This document shows, in pieces, positions 49,223-58,666 of a DNA stretch of 58,668 nucleotides (position 1 is the stretch's first letter; each line of letters begins with the position of its first letter). A model generated the notes under the pieces. That model was not told where the DNA came from. It was given only the letters and a program-made list of their open reading frames with translations, and did not search any database. Made by a program: the position numbers and the translations under genes. The DNA lies in contig JAYUGC010000122.1 in the NCBI GenBank assembly GCA_043767805.1, positions 1-58,668 of the forward strand. The letters run 5' to 3'. Origin of the DNA: Pseudomonadota bacterium (GTDB taxonomy: Bacteria; Bdellovibrionota; FAC87; UBA2466).

Positions 49223-49972
49223 CTAATCAAGTTGAAAAAGGTTTCCTGTGTTGTTTAAAAAGTGAAGTTGCTTGTCAGGGTTGAGGACCTCGGCGAGATA
49301 TCCAAAGAAGACTTTTGAACTCTGCTCTTGGCAAAAGTCCTTATCCACTTTGGCCAGAAGGTTCTTTAGTGCGGTCTCTTTGACGATGTACAAAACGCCA
49401 TGAATCTCTTTTTTTAGGTAGTAGGAATTAAGATGGGACGTATAGCGTTCCCTACTCTTTTGCACATCTTCGTACTCGACCGCGATATACCACGCCTTGC
49501 CATCGGTCTTGAAGATTATCGCGGCGTCCGAATGCATTTCTAAGAATGGGTCAGCGGGGAAGAACTTCGAGTCCAGGAGTCCGGCCTCGATTGCATTTTC
49601 AGTGTAGTACCGGACCACTTTTGGGCTTTTTGAGAGCCTATTGCGGATATCAACCAGGACCACATCATGGTCTGGCGAGTCACTTTTGAGCTGAGCCCAT
49701 TGCCTCTCAGTGCGCTGGCGGACGTAAGTTTCAAACGTTTTATCGGTCAGGGAGTAAGCAAACCTGGTCCGGTCCTCCCCCGTAGATTTCCTCCGAATAT
49801 AGTCGTGGCGGATCAAGGTGCGGAGCCGTCTAAGTACATCCTTAAGATCCGCAATACCAAAAATGTCCCGCTTGATTTGAGGGGCGGTCGCGAGTTTGTT
49901 CAAAAATAGATATTCGAAGAGTCTTTTATCTCGGGGAGTGAGGTACATGCCGGGGCGAACCAACTTACCCAT
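49223..49972 (-). CDS. Replication-relaxation (Replic_Relax-like) protein
   Basis: LTPRD..L wHTH start, RRL..L, YSLT, HD, DA and AVEYE...KS..RY; next to FtsK. Confidence 0.75.
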   Translation of the reverse strand: MGKLVRPGMYLTPRDKRLFEYLFLNKLATAPQIKRDIFGIADLKDVLRRLRTLIRHDYIRRKSTGEDRTRFAYSLTDKTFETYVRQRTERQWAQLKSDSPDHDVVLVDIRNRLSKSPKVVRYYTENAIEAGLLDSKFFPADPFLEMHSDAAIIFKTDGKAWYIAVEYEDVQKSRERYTSHLNSYYLKKEIHGVLYIVKETALKNLLAKVDKDFCQEQSSKVFFGYLAEVLNPDKQLHFLNNTGNLFQLD

Positions 49973-50702
49973 TGCTGGGCTCTCCCGGTCTCGGCGCAAA
50001 TTCGTCTACGGCTTTGCCCGTGTTCAGTACTACCTTCTTCGCAGATAGCATTGGCTGATATAGGGCGCGCTTTCCGCCCTTAAACTCTTCGGCTATGGCC
50101 TCACAGCGACTTTTCAATTCCTTTTCATCGAGGAAAGGGGTCTTCACTTCGACCATTCGTGAACCGACCTTCCAGATTCCCCGGCCCGGAATGTGGGGCA
50201 AATCTTTCGCGGAGGCGTTCCCAAGGAGCACGTTCGAACCCTGGACCGAGTTCACTTCAAAGCACATCCGGCCCTCAAGGTTTTCCTGGATGTGAGTATT
50301 GATCGTTTCCTTTGTAACTTTTTGAGTTGCCAAAATGAGGTGGATTCCGGCAGCGCGGGACAGCTTGGCGATTTCGTCGGTCACTTCCGCAGCTTTGGCC
50401 GCGTTCTCTTTATCTGTGGGATTGACCCGGCCTGTGCCGTAAAGGATCGATGCTTCATCTACGCAAACGACAATCCGATCGAGTTGGTCACGCTCGGGAT
50501 CGATGCGCTTGTGGCCATTCCGCTCTAAGATGGCGAACCGCCTCTTCATTTCATCGCGTACTTCAGTGAGGAGAAGGAGGCCCTTTCCCACATCTTTAAC
50601 CAGTTCGACATTGGGGCAGACGGCGAAGTCCTTCATTTCAAGCCCGTTCTTGAGATCCAGAATATAGACTTGGAGACGGGGGCTCGATTCCATTAAGCCC
50701 AC
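49965..50702 (-). pseudogene. FtsK/SpoIIIE-type ATPase, 5'-truncated
   Basis: ILDLKNGLEM, EMKRRF, VVCVDEAS and RAAGIHLILATQ present; Walker A absent; IS-like DNA abuts the 5' end. Confidence 0.8.
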
Positions 50703-50704
50703 GG

Positions 50705-51392
50705 AATTGGCCGCAGCTCTCCGCTAATCGTCTGGCAGTTTACGGATTTTCTCGCTCACTACGAGGCGGTATTGTCTCAATTCCTCGCGCCACCGCTCGA
50801 TGTGCGCCTCAATTTCTTCCGGACCCACCGGCCGGCCCTCAACCATAGAAAGAGTTGATTCAAGATAGGCCGCTAGCGCAGCATCGTCCCCGCCTCCGGC
50901 CACGACGGCCTCCTCGGATGTTGCCACGACGGGGCTAGGGTTCCTCTTCGAGTTCAACGCCTGCTTCTTACGTCGCCCCTCGGGGGTGCGGTAGTATCCC
51001 GTACTCAATCGGCTTCGCCCCTGTCGCGCATGCTACCCTCGGCATCCCATCGGGCAGCGAAGATCACTCCGCCCTCGGTTGCGCGGGCTCGTCAGCCAAA
51101 AGATACCGCATTCCCGGCATCGGCTTAGGCAAGATCGCACCTCTGGCCGCTCCCGCAGCGTACCCCTGAGGGCCAGGTAGTATCCAACCGCCCAGCCACG
51201 CACCTCCGAACGGCGATACCACTGCCGATCGCCGGGTCGAAAAGCCTGCTGCAACGCGACTACGGAAAACCCAGCCGGTCACCCACCTGCGAGAGACTTT
51301 CCTGATTCATAAAGTCCATTGTGACACGGGCGTGCGCCGGGGGTGGGTCAGTTTCGGTGAGCAAAAGTGGGTCAATTCTGGTGAGCGCTGTC
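50705..51392 (-). mobile_element. IS21-family remnant (one end plus a decayed Cys-rich passenger ORF, no istA/istB)
   Basis: Tandem GTGGGTCA.TT..GGTGAGC repeats at 51343-51362 and 51367-51386; CRECG...CPMGC ORF broken by TAG at 51033-51035 and by frameshifts. Confidence 0.6.
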
Positions 51393-51817
51393 GGAGGGAA
51401 GGGTTACCTTCGGCTAAACGAACGCCTTTCCCAAAAGAAAAGGGGGAGGAAGGAGCCTTACGGCCCCTTCTCGCCAATTTTTTTCCAGTCCGTTACTGAA
51501 TCGTCAAAGTGCCGGGATTCATCCAGCATAGGATCGCGCAGTCTTGACCCCGGTCTTCATAACAAATGTGAGGGTCGTAGTACCGCAGCCAAATAAAGCG
51601 GCCCCACAGATCAAGCCGAAGCCAAAACGAAGAAATGAGCGCTGACTCGCCGCGCATCTCCTGTTGAGAGCTAAATAGAAAAACGTCCCTATTACCTAAG
51701 AACCTCAAGCCTCATCTCGGCCCACGTCGAGCGTTTCCAATGATCCACAATCAATGCGTTTCTGTATAGTTCCGGCTACTCTTCCTCTCGACTGGTCCCC
51801 CGAGTCTAAGAATCTAT

Positions 51818-52891
51818 ATGAACATGAACGACACGACGCCGTCAGGCCCTTCCTTAATGCGCCTTCCCGGACTTGATGGTCTCAGAGGCGTATCTATTCT
51901 GCTCGTCATGCTACTCCACACGGCCCAGTCACCCTTTTTTCCGGACTGGCTTCTGCTCAAGGCAATCGCCACCCGGGGCGGTTTTGGCGTGGATATTTTC
52001 TTTGTCATTTCAGGCTTTCTTATCACCTCCCTCCTATTGAACGAAGAGAGAAAATTTGAAACCATCGACCTCAAGCGTTTTTATCTGCGCAGGGCATTCC
52101 GGATTTTGCCGCCTGCCTTTGTTTATTTATCCATGGTCCTCGCTTTCGGAATGCTCGGATGGATTTCCATCAATGGAAGAGAGCTCCTCGCGAGTGCTTT
52201 CTTTTTCCGAAATTTCATTTCCGGCGGAACCATCGAGACCGCCCATTTTTGGACTCTCTCCATCGAAGAGCAGTTCTATTTATTTTGGCCCTTCGTGCTT
52301 TTCTTCTTAAAGTCGCCCGATAAGAGGCTTAAGGCGGCTATCGTACTGGTTCTCCTTGCTCCATGCTGGCGTCAAATTAACTACTATTTTTTTTCAGCGG
52401 AGTCAGTGAATCCTTGGAGAACCGATCTTCGCTATGATCCGCTGTTGGTCGGTTGCGTAGTGGCTCTTTTGAGGGAGCGAGTCGGAGCCAGGCGCGTTCT
52501 ACAATCTCGGCCTTTAAACACCGACCTGGCTTTTTCAGTTTGCGTCCTTTTAGTCATCGGTTCATTGACCGATTTTAGCTTTTCCCTGCCGGGAGAAGTT
52601 AGATTCGCCTTCGGTATTCTCCGAATCCTTCTCGTGGCGCTCATCCTGAACTATCTCGTAAACGCTCACGGTCGATTTTTTGATCGATTTTTTAGAATGG
52701 GGTGGCTCGTATACCTGGGTAAACTTTCCTACAGTTTATATATTTGGGGGCAGCTTTTTTGTTATCATTATGAGCCCGGGGTCGTGAGGAATTTCCCGCA
52801 GAATGTCTTTTTCGCTCTCTTGGCCGCGGCCCTGAGCTACCACGTCGTCGAGCAACCTTTCCTGCGTTGGCGGGAACGCCTCAAGATTTGA
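51818..52891 (+). CDS. Acyltransferase family 3 (OafA-like O-acyltransferase)
   Basis: LDGLRG, GVDIFFVISGFLIT, FYLRRAFRILP, HFWTLSIEEQFY and SYSLY. Confidence 0.93.
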   Translation: MNMNDTTPSGPSLMRLPGLDGLRGVSILLVMLLHTAQSPFFPDWLLLKAIATRGGFGVDIFFVISGFLITSLLLNEERKFETIDLKRFYLRRAFRILPPAFVYLSMVLAFGMLGWISINGRELLASAFFFRNFISGGTIETAHFWTLSIEEQFYLFWPFVLFFLKSPDKRLKAAIVLVLLAPCWRQINYYFFSAESVNPWRTDLRYDPLLVGCVVALLRERVGARRVLQSRPLNTDLAFSVCVLLVIGSLTDFSFSLPGEVRFAFGILRILLVALILNYLVNAHGRFFDRFFRMGWLVYLGKLSYSLYIWGQLFCYHYEPGVVRNFPQNVFFALLAAALSYHVVEQPFLRWRERLKI

Positions 52892-53142
52892 AATGCGTTC
52901 CGTAGTCAATCCTTACTGGCCGGCACGCGCAGGCTTTATCGGAGCGGAAAGTCGACCTCTGCTGGATGCGGCCACCGAAAAGCGCGGACTCGTTGCCATG
53001 GGGAGCAACCAGTATTGGCGATTTTCTCATTCACATCTTGCGCACTTGTCGACAGAGCTGCACGCGCATTGCCCGGCCAAAACGCCGCGATTTTCAATGG
53101 CCAACCTACCCAAAAGTCTTGCATGGGATGAAAAGGGTAGAA

Positions 53143-53322
53143 CTACCTCTCCCAATCGTAGCTCTCTCGGTCTATTGATTTTTGAAAGCGATACGTTGAT
53201 TTAAGCCCTTTGCTTACTCGGATGAGCGCCCCTCTTCTTATGAAATCATAGGCCGCAGCGGCTCCGAACAACGTAACACCAAGAAACGCAAGTGCCATAA
53301 GCGCATCGAATATTTTAGACAT
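53143..53322 (-). CDS. 59-aa membrane protein not in the ORF track
   Basis: GGGAGGT RBS; MSKIFDALMALAFLGVTLFGAAAAYDFIRRGALIRVSKGLKS...WER-TAG. Confidence 0.6.
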   Translation of the reverse strand: MSKIFDALMALAFLGVTLFGAAAAYDFIRRGALIRVSKGLKSTYRFQKSIDRESYDWER

Positions 53323-53373
53323 CTTACCTCCCTACAGACTTTTAATAGCGCCGTTTTTATGCACTATCAGTTC

Positions 53374-53922
53374 TTATTTTTCGCGAATCAAAATCTGTCG
53401 AACCATCTCGGGGTGCCACGCCTTACCCCGCTGTTTGGTTTGGATTTTTATCTCGGTCAACACGCGGGCTATAGCGCAATTTGACATACCCTCCCCATGC
53501 ATCCTGACAATGGACTCAATTGTTCGCCGCTCCCCTTTGTGAGCCTCGACTCTTCCGTTAACGCACTTCTTCCCAAAGGGAAGGTTATGAGTCCGGTGGG
53601 GACTGCTGCCGGCGTCTCGGATCGGGATGCCGAACCTGAGAAGCGCGCTGCGGACTGCGGTTTTGGAGGACGCAAACGCGTCCGCGATTTGCCTCATTGA
53701 GTGCCGTTCCAACACGTATTTTTGATGGAGGACGCGCTTTTCAAAAGTTCGGGGAAGTGCTCTAATGCCTGAATGTATTATCGTTTTCGGTTGGAGGACG
53801 CGAGTTGTGGCTGGGTCTGACGAGCCCACCACTTTTAGGCACTCACAATAGACCTGTAGCCTGCAGCCGAACATTCGATGATTCTTCATTTTTCGCTCAA
53901 TATGGAGGACGACGTTATACAT
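53374..53922 (-). CDS. HTH plus recombinase-like DNA-binding domain ORF that spans the att repeat
   Basis: LHQKY..HSMRQIA...SKTAVRSAL HTH and SNCAIARVL...TKQRGKAWHPEMVRQIL; shares CECLKVVG with the recombinase C-terminus. Confidence 0.7.
   Translation of the reverse strand: MYNVVLHIERKMKNHRMFGCRLQVYCECLKVVGSSDPATTRVLQPKTIIHSGIRALPRTFEKRVLHQKYVLERHSMRQIADAFASSKTAVRSALLRFGIPIRDAGSSPHRTHNLPFGKKCVNGRVEAHKGERRTIESIVRMHGEGMSNCAIARVLTEIKIQTKQRGKAWHPEMVRQILIREK
53825..53848 (+). repeat. att direct repeat, copy 2
   Basis: Identical to 47575-47598. Confidence 0.92.
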
Positions 53923-54198
53923 CTATCGGAACCTCTGCCGAATCGAATGCGCCTTCTATCACGCGACGTTCAGGCAGCGTGCCTGGATGCTGGATGATAT
54001 TCTTTCCCGGGTTAAGTGGAGTTGGCCATCGAAAAGCGCCACCACAGATTTCCAAAAGCGAGCCCCGGTGCAGCGCCACGTAGAAGGCTAGGAGCTCCAC
54101 CTCAGACCAATATCACCCGGTGACCCAGGGTGACATCCTGCACTGGTTCGCGCGGACGGCCACAAGCCCGCGCTTTTCGATGGCCGGCTCCTCGGGCC

Positions 54199-55842
54199 TT
54201 ACTGCAGTCTCTCGTAGTCAATGCCAGATAACGAGACCGTGGTGCGGCCCTGAAACGTATTGCGAGAAAGACTCACGATAAACCTTGCAGCGTCGCCAGC
54301 CTGCAAATCCTCCCACACTTCATTGAAGAATAGAATTTTCTGGATGCCCCCTCGAGGCGATTTCGTCGTCACCGCAGTGTGCCTGGGGGCGCCAGTACTT
54401 TTATCTTTGTAGTGGTCCACTCGAAGGACTGACGCCTCGATGCAGAACCGAGGCTCCTCAAACCCATGTCCGAAGGGTTTCATTTCATCTAAGAGGGTAA
54501 GAAGTGATAAATCGATGATAGAGAGGGGTAAAGCACAATCGAATTCCGCGCGGCTCTGCCACAATTCTGGGATTTGCGTTCGCAGCCGGTTCGCGTATTC
54601 ACAGAGTTTTGCTCTGATCTCATTTTCGCGAGAGAGATCAAAAGAAAATCCGCCGGCCGCACGGTGTCCTCCAAATTTGGTAAACAGGGAAGAGGCACTT
54701 TGCATCGCTTCCGTAACGTCGAAGCCGGGAATGGAACGAACCGAACCCTTCGCTACCCCTTCAGCGCGGGCAAAGAGCCAAGTCGGTTTCCAATGGGCCT
54801 CGGCGATCTTACTTGCGGCGATTCCCACCACACCAGAATGCCAATCGTCCTGTCCCAAAAAAAGGATTGGGTCAGAGGCAAACCCAGAAGCTAGCTCCGC
54901 GGCCTCTTTTGTAATGCGGGATTGGATGATTTTTCTCTCATCATTACAGCGGCCCATGTGTTCAATGAGGGTGGAGGGGGCTTCCGAAAGAAAAGCTTCA
55001 ATGACTTGGTCCGCGTGGCCCAGGCGGCCGACGGCGTTGATACGGGGGCCTAAGCGAAAGCCGACATCTTTTTCGTCACCGGCCGCCGTGACCGCAGCGG
55101 AAAGCAACAGCTTCTTCAAAATTTGCCGATCACTCTTTAGGAGCCCTTCGACTCCCTTACGGGCGAGCCGGTGATTTACTGGATTAAGCGGCACCACATC
55201 ACAGATGGTGGCCATTCCTACCAGCGCTAGTAGGTCGGTCCACAGAGCGGGTGGTACGGGGAAATCTGTAGCGAGGCGACGGAGCAACACGAAGGTGATT
55301 CCGCAACCACATAATTCTTGATACTCCGGATCGGGATGGAATTTCGGATTAAGAATAATGCAGTCGGGCATCTTCTCTGGCTGAATCTTATGGTGATCGG
55401 TGCAGATGAAAACCACCCTCCGTTCGCGGCAATACTCGGCTTCGACGTTAGCAGTGATGCCGGTATCCATGGTGATGATAAGCTCGGCCTTTTCTACCTC
55501 GACAAGATGTTCCACGGCTTTTAGGTTTACGCCGTAGCCTTCCTTGAACCGACAGGGAATGTAATGAATGAAATTCGAGAACCCGATGGCGCGGAAAAAC
55601 CAGATCCAGCTAACGCAACTCATGGTGCCATCGACGTCATAGTCGGCGTAGAGCGCGATCCTCTTGCCATCTCGAATGGCTTTGGTGACAGCGGCTGCGG
55701 CCTGTTCCATGCCATGATCGCCATACTCTAGGCGGTTGTTGGGCGTGAAACCTCGATTGGCCAGAATGAGTTGTAAGACCTCGGGGGCACTATTTGGAAG
55801 CTCAGAACTTCGCCCCTCCCATCTGTTAAATTTCTTACCCAC
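54199..55842 (-). CDS. recJ: Single-stranded-DNA exonuclease RecJ (DHH/DHHA1)
   Basis: DYDVDG, R..EGYG, TDHH, TICDVVPL, GPRINAVGRL and FGGH.AAGG. Confidence 0.9.
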   Translation of the reverse strand: MGKKFNRWEGRSSELPNSAPEVLQLILANRGFTPNNRLEYGDHGMEQAAAAVTKAIRDGKRIALYADYDVDGTMSCVSWIWFFRAIGFSNFIHYIPCRFKEGYGVNLKAVEHLVEVEKAELIITMDTGITANVEAEYCRERRVVFICTDHHKIQPEKMPDCIILNPKFHPDPEYQELCGCGITFVLLRRLATDFPVPPALWTDLLALVGMATICDVVPLNPVNHRLARKGVEGLLKSDRQILKKLLLSAAVTAAGDEKDVGFRLGPRINAVGRLGHADQVIEAFLSEAPSTLIEHMGRCNDERKIIQSRITKEAAELASGFASDPILFLGQDDWHSGVVGIAASKIAEAHWKPTWLFARAEGVAKGSVRSIPGFDVTEAMQSASSLFTKFGGHRAAGGFSFDLSRENEIRAKLCEYANRLRTQIPELWQSRAEFDCALPLSIIDLSLLTLLDEMKPFGHGFEEPRFCIEASVLRVDHYKDKSTGAPRHTAVTTKSPRGGIQKILFFNEVWEDLQAGDAARFIVSLSRNTFQGRTTVSLSGIDYERLQ

Positions 55843-55922
55843 GCTGGTGTCGTGGTCTCACGGGGAGTGGGGTGGGTCAACCTGGTCCAGGACCCTCATA
55901 ACACGCGGTGCCGGTAAGAAAT

Positions 55923-58379
55923 TCATGATAGCTCAGGGATAACGAGCGTGCCTCGGTGGGCAAAAGGTGTGGCGCCGATCGACAAGCCCAGGGGGAGCTC
56001 AACCCGGTATTCCATCTTCTTGTAGGCGGCGAGCCGCTTCCGGAACATAGACACCGTAAGACCGCTGTTGCTGTCCAGGTAATCGTATATACGAACCTCG
56101 GTTTTCCCGGCGTTCGGACGGTGCAAACGCACCGCGTATTGAATCATCCGCCCTCGAAAAGAAATCGGCATCGCCAACACCAACGTATCCAGCGCTGGAA
56201 TATCTATGCCTTCACCTATCAGGGAGCCAGTGGCAAGGAGGTAAAGCCCTTGGCCCTCCGCCAAAGCTGTGGCGATTTCCGCGAGAACCTTGGCCCGCGC
56301 CTTCTTTCCCATGCCTCCAATCAAGACAAAGGGGGTGAGCTGCGAACCTCCCTCCGTTGCCTTGACGGCCTTTTCTATTTCTTCAAGATGTTGCTTCCGG
56401 TCTGAAATTACTAGTGCAACGCGTCTTTCCTGGACTGATTCGATTATATCTTGGGCAATTAGATTCAACCGGGCGACATCGAGAATTAGGCGCGACCACA
56501 CTTCATGAATCGCGGGTTGCGGACCAGATTCGACCGGCATTCTGAAAGATGTCTCTCTTACAATGACGGTTTTCTTAAGCGGAATCCCATCGACGGACTT
56601 CATTTCATACCGAATAGGACCGCACTGCATGTGGATAATCGATTGGTGGCCATCCTTACGATAGGGCGTGGCCGTTAACCCCATCACGTACTGGGCAGCG
56701 CACTTTTTTAGAACAGCCTCAAACGAAACAGCGGGGATGTGGTGACATTCGTCGATAATAATTTGTCCATATTGAGAAAGAACCTCTTCGACGTCTTCCA
56801 GCTTAGTAACGGTCTGTAGCATTCCAACGTCCAACTTACCGGTTAGCTTTTTTCGCTGTCCTGCCAGAACGCCAACCTCCTTCTCCTTTACCCCTAGAAA
56901 TCGTGCGAATTGGGAACGCCATTGTTCCAGTAGCGGAGCCCTGTGGACAAGAACTAGGGTTGATACCTTACGTTTGGCTACCGCTGCGCAAGCCATTACT
57001 GTCTTCCCCGCCCCGGGCGGGGCAACCAACACCCCTGTATCGTGAGATAGGAGCGCTTTGACGGCTTTCGACTGCTCCGACGATAACTCACCGTAGAAGG
57101 ATGCCTTTAGTTTCTTATGACGGGGCCGAGAATCCCGAATAACTACTTGGCTTCCTGCAATCTTAGATATTTCAAGGCACTGGTCTAATACTCCACGAGG
57201 GAGGATCAACTGGTCGGGCAGAAGTTCACCGCAGAAGATGAAGCGAGGGATATTCCAGGTGGAAAACCGCATCCGCTGTTTTTCAAAAAAGGTTGGGTTA
57301 GCAAATGTCGCTGTACGTTTAAAGGCCGAGATGAGATTCGAGGGTAATCCGGCGAGGGTAACTTGGAGCTGAGCCCCGATCTGGAAATCGATCTGGCCGG
57401 GAAAGCAACCCGGCTGTACTTTTCGTCGCCCTGAGTCTAGTAGCTTTTCGGCAGAGGCTATCTCGGCATCTTCAAACTTCACCAACTCCAAAGAAAACTC
57501 AGTTTTTAGCGTCTGGCCCAGTATTTTCTGAACTTCCTCAGGTGAGAGACGCTTGACGACCGAAAGGTGCCCCCATTGATCTGGTATGGGATCCAGACTA
57601 TCGTCTAAGAAAACGCTATTGCCCTGTTCTCTGGGCCTCTTCTGAAGCGGCAGAGCGATCAGGTTTCCAAATCCTCCCTTTGGAATAGTGTCCTGGTTCG
57701 GGAAAAACCGATCGTAACTCTTCAAGCTCATGGTGTGCCGCATCGCCAAGGCTCGGGCGACGATTGCCGTCCCAAGCTGGCGGGCAATACGAGCCTGAAT
57801 CGGCTCAGTAAAGAAGATCCAAGCATGTGCGCCATTTCCGGAACGCGATCGTTCAATTTCAGCCGATATTCCTAATTCCCTGGCCGCTAATCGAAATACA
57901 CTTGCGTCTTCTCTCCAACCGTCACCATCGAAATCAGAAGCGAGAAAGACGCATCGATCGTCCTCCCGGATGGCGTAAGTCCCCAACGTTTCTGAACCCT
58001 CCAGATGCCGGCGTATCGCACTACTGTCGAGGCGAGGAAATGCCTGGTACCTACATTCTCCGCATTTCACTTTGGGTTTTTCACAAAGGCCAAGTTTCCA
58101 TTCGTTGCTGCAGACGGGCGAGTATCCCTTTTTCCCTGTTTTGAAGTTTTCCCATAGACGTGGATAGACGGACTCTCGGCAAACAAATAACTGAGCGAAT
58201 AGCCGTATTTTCTCATCAGGCGTTTTCGGGGCCGCTGTCTGAACGGGAGATCCGAGGGCCTCGCTAAAGAGGGGTTCACTCTCTTTCAGGGCGTCTAGGG
58301 AGGCCACCTCTGCAAGTAGCTTTTTCTCCTCCAGTCGAATTTCTCGGAGTCGATTCTCTATCTGTTCCTTGCGTTCCAT
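55923..58379 (-). CDS. AEP (TOTE-type) primase domain fused to an SF2 DEAD/DEAH (ResIII-like) helicase
   Basis: DFD, ERSRSGNGAHAWIFF and GNLIALPLQ primase motifs; APPGAGKT, DECHH, GLTATP and EGIDIPALD helicase motifs. Confidence 0.88.
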   Translation of the reverse strand: MERKEQIENRLREIRLEEKKLLAEVASLDALKESEPLFSEALGSPVQTAAPKTPDEKIRLFAQLFVCRESVYPRLWENFKTGKKGYSPVCSNEWKLGLCEKPKVKCGECRYQAFPRLDSSAIRRHLEGSETLGTYAIREDDRCVFLASDFDGDGWREDASVFRLAARELGISAEIERSRSGNGAHAWIFFTEPIQARIARQLGTAIVARALAMRHTMSLKSYDRFFPNQDTIPKGGFGNLIALPLQKRPREQGNSVFLDDSLDPIPDQWGHLSVVKRLSPEEVQKILGQTLKTEFSLELVKFEDAEIASAEKLLDSGRRKVQPGCFPGQIDFQIGAQLQVTLAGLPSNLISAFKRTATFANPTFFEKQRMRFSTWNIPRFIFCGELLPDQLILPRGVLDQCLEISKIAGSQVVIRDSRPRHKKLKASFYGELSSEQSKAVKALLSHDTGVLVAPPGAGKTVMACAAVAKRKVSTLVLVHRAPLLEQWRSQFARFLGVKEKEVGVLAGQRKKLTGKLDVGMLQTVTKLEDVEEVLSQYGQIIIDECHHIPAVSFEAVLKKCAAQYVMGLTATPYRKDGHQSIIHMQCGPIRYEMKSVDGIPLKKTVIVRETSFRMPVESGPQPAIHEVWSRLILDVARLNLIAQDIIESVQERRVALVISDRKQHLEEIEKAVKATEGGSQLTPFVLIGGMGKKARAKVLAEIATALAEGQGLYLLATGSLIGEGIDIPALDTLVLAMPISFRGRMIQYAVRLHRPNAGKTEVRIYDYLDSNSGLTVSMFRKRLAAYKKMEYRVELPLGLSIGATPFAHRGTLVIPELS

Positions 58380-58384
58380 ATGCC

Positions 58385-58666
58385 CTACGCGGCAAACGGC
58401 AGCTCAATCTCATTAAACTTTGCGATGGGAACCAATGTCTTCCTCGGTCCCTCTTCCTTCAATTCGATTAATCCTAGATCAGCCAAGAATTTCACATCGG
58501 AATAGACATTCTTGAAATTTTTCTTCAATTCCCTGGCCAAATGAGCGATGGACTTAGGCTTCAACTGTGGAATCATCGCCAAAATTTGAAGTCTGGGAGG
58601 AGACAAAACTTTTCCAAGAATTTCCCAACTGCCCACAGAAATGACCTCTTCCCCTACTTTTGACTT
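58385..58666 (-). CDS. Winged-HTH protein (HVO_A0114-like putative antitoxin/regulator), 5' end outside window
   Basis: VLSPPRLQIL, PKSIAHLARELKKNFKNVYSDVKFL..LGLI; frame open to the window edge. Confidence 0.7.
   Translation of the reverse strand, partial: KSKVGEEVISVGSWEILGKVLSPPRLQILAMIPQLKPKSIAHLARELKKNFKNVYSDVKFLADLGLIELKEEGPRKTLVPIAKFNEIELPFAA

Larger units (their letters stand above)
47575..53831. mobile_element. Decayed integrative element inserted at the tRNA-Val 3' end
   Basis: CCCACCA core at both ends, 17-bp inverted arms (47594-47610 and 53793-53809), serine recombinase, Replic_Relax and FtsK genes, visibly lower GC. Confidence 0.85.

Noticed and set aside
51033..51035. TAG read-through or recoding in the Cys-rich ORF
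   Set aside because: The same ORF also has frameshifts and TAG is a normal stop elsewhere in the window; simple decay is more likely.
55871..55880. Second IS21 end (GGTGGGTCAA)
   Set aside because: It is a single short match with no repeated unit or transposase.
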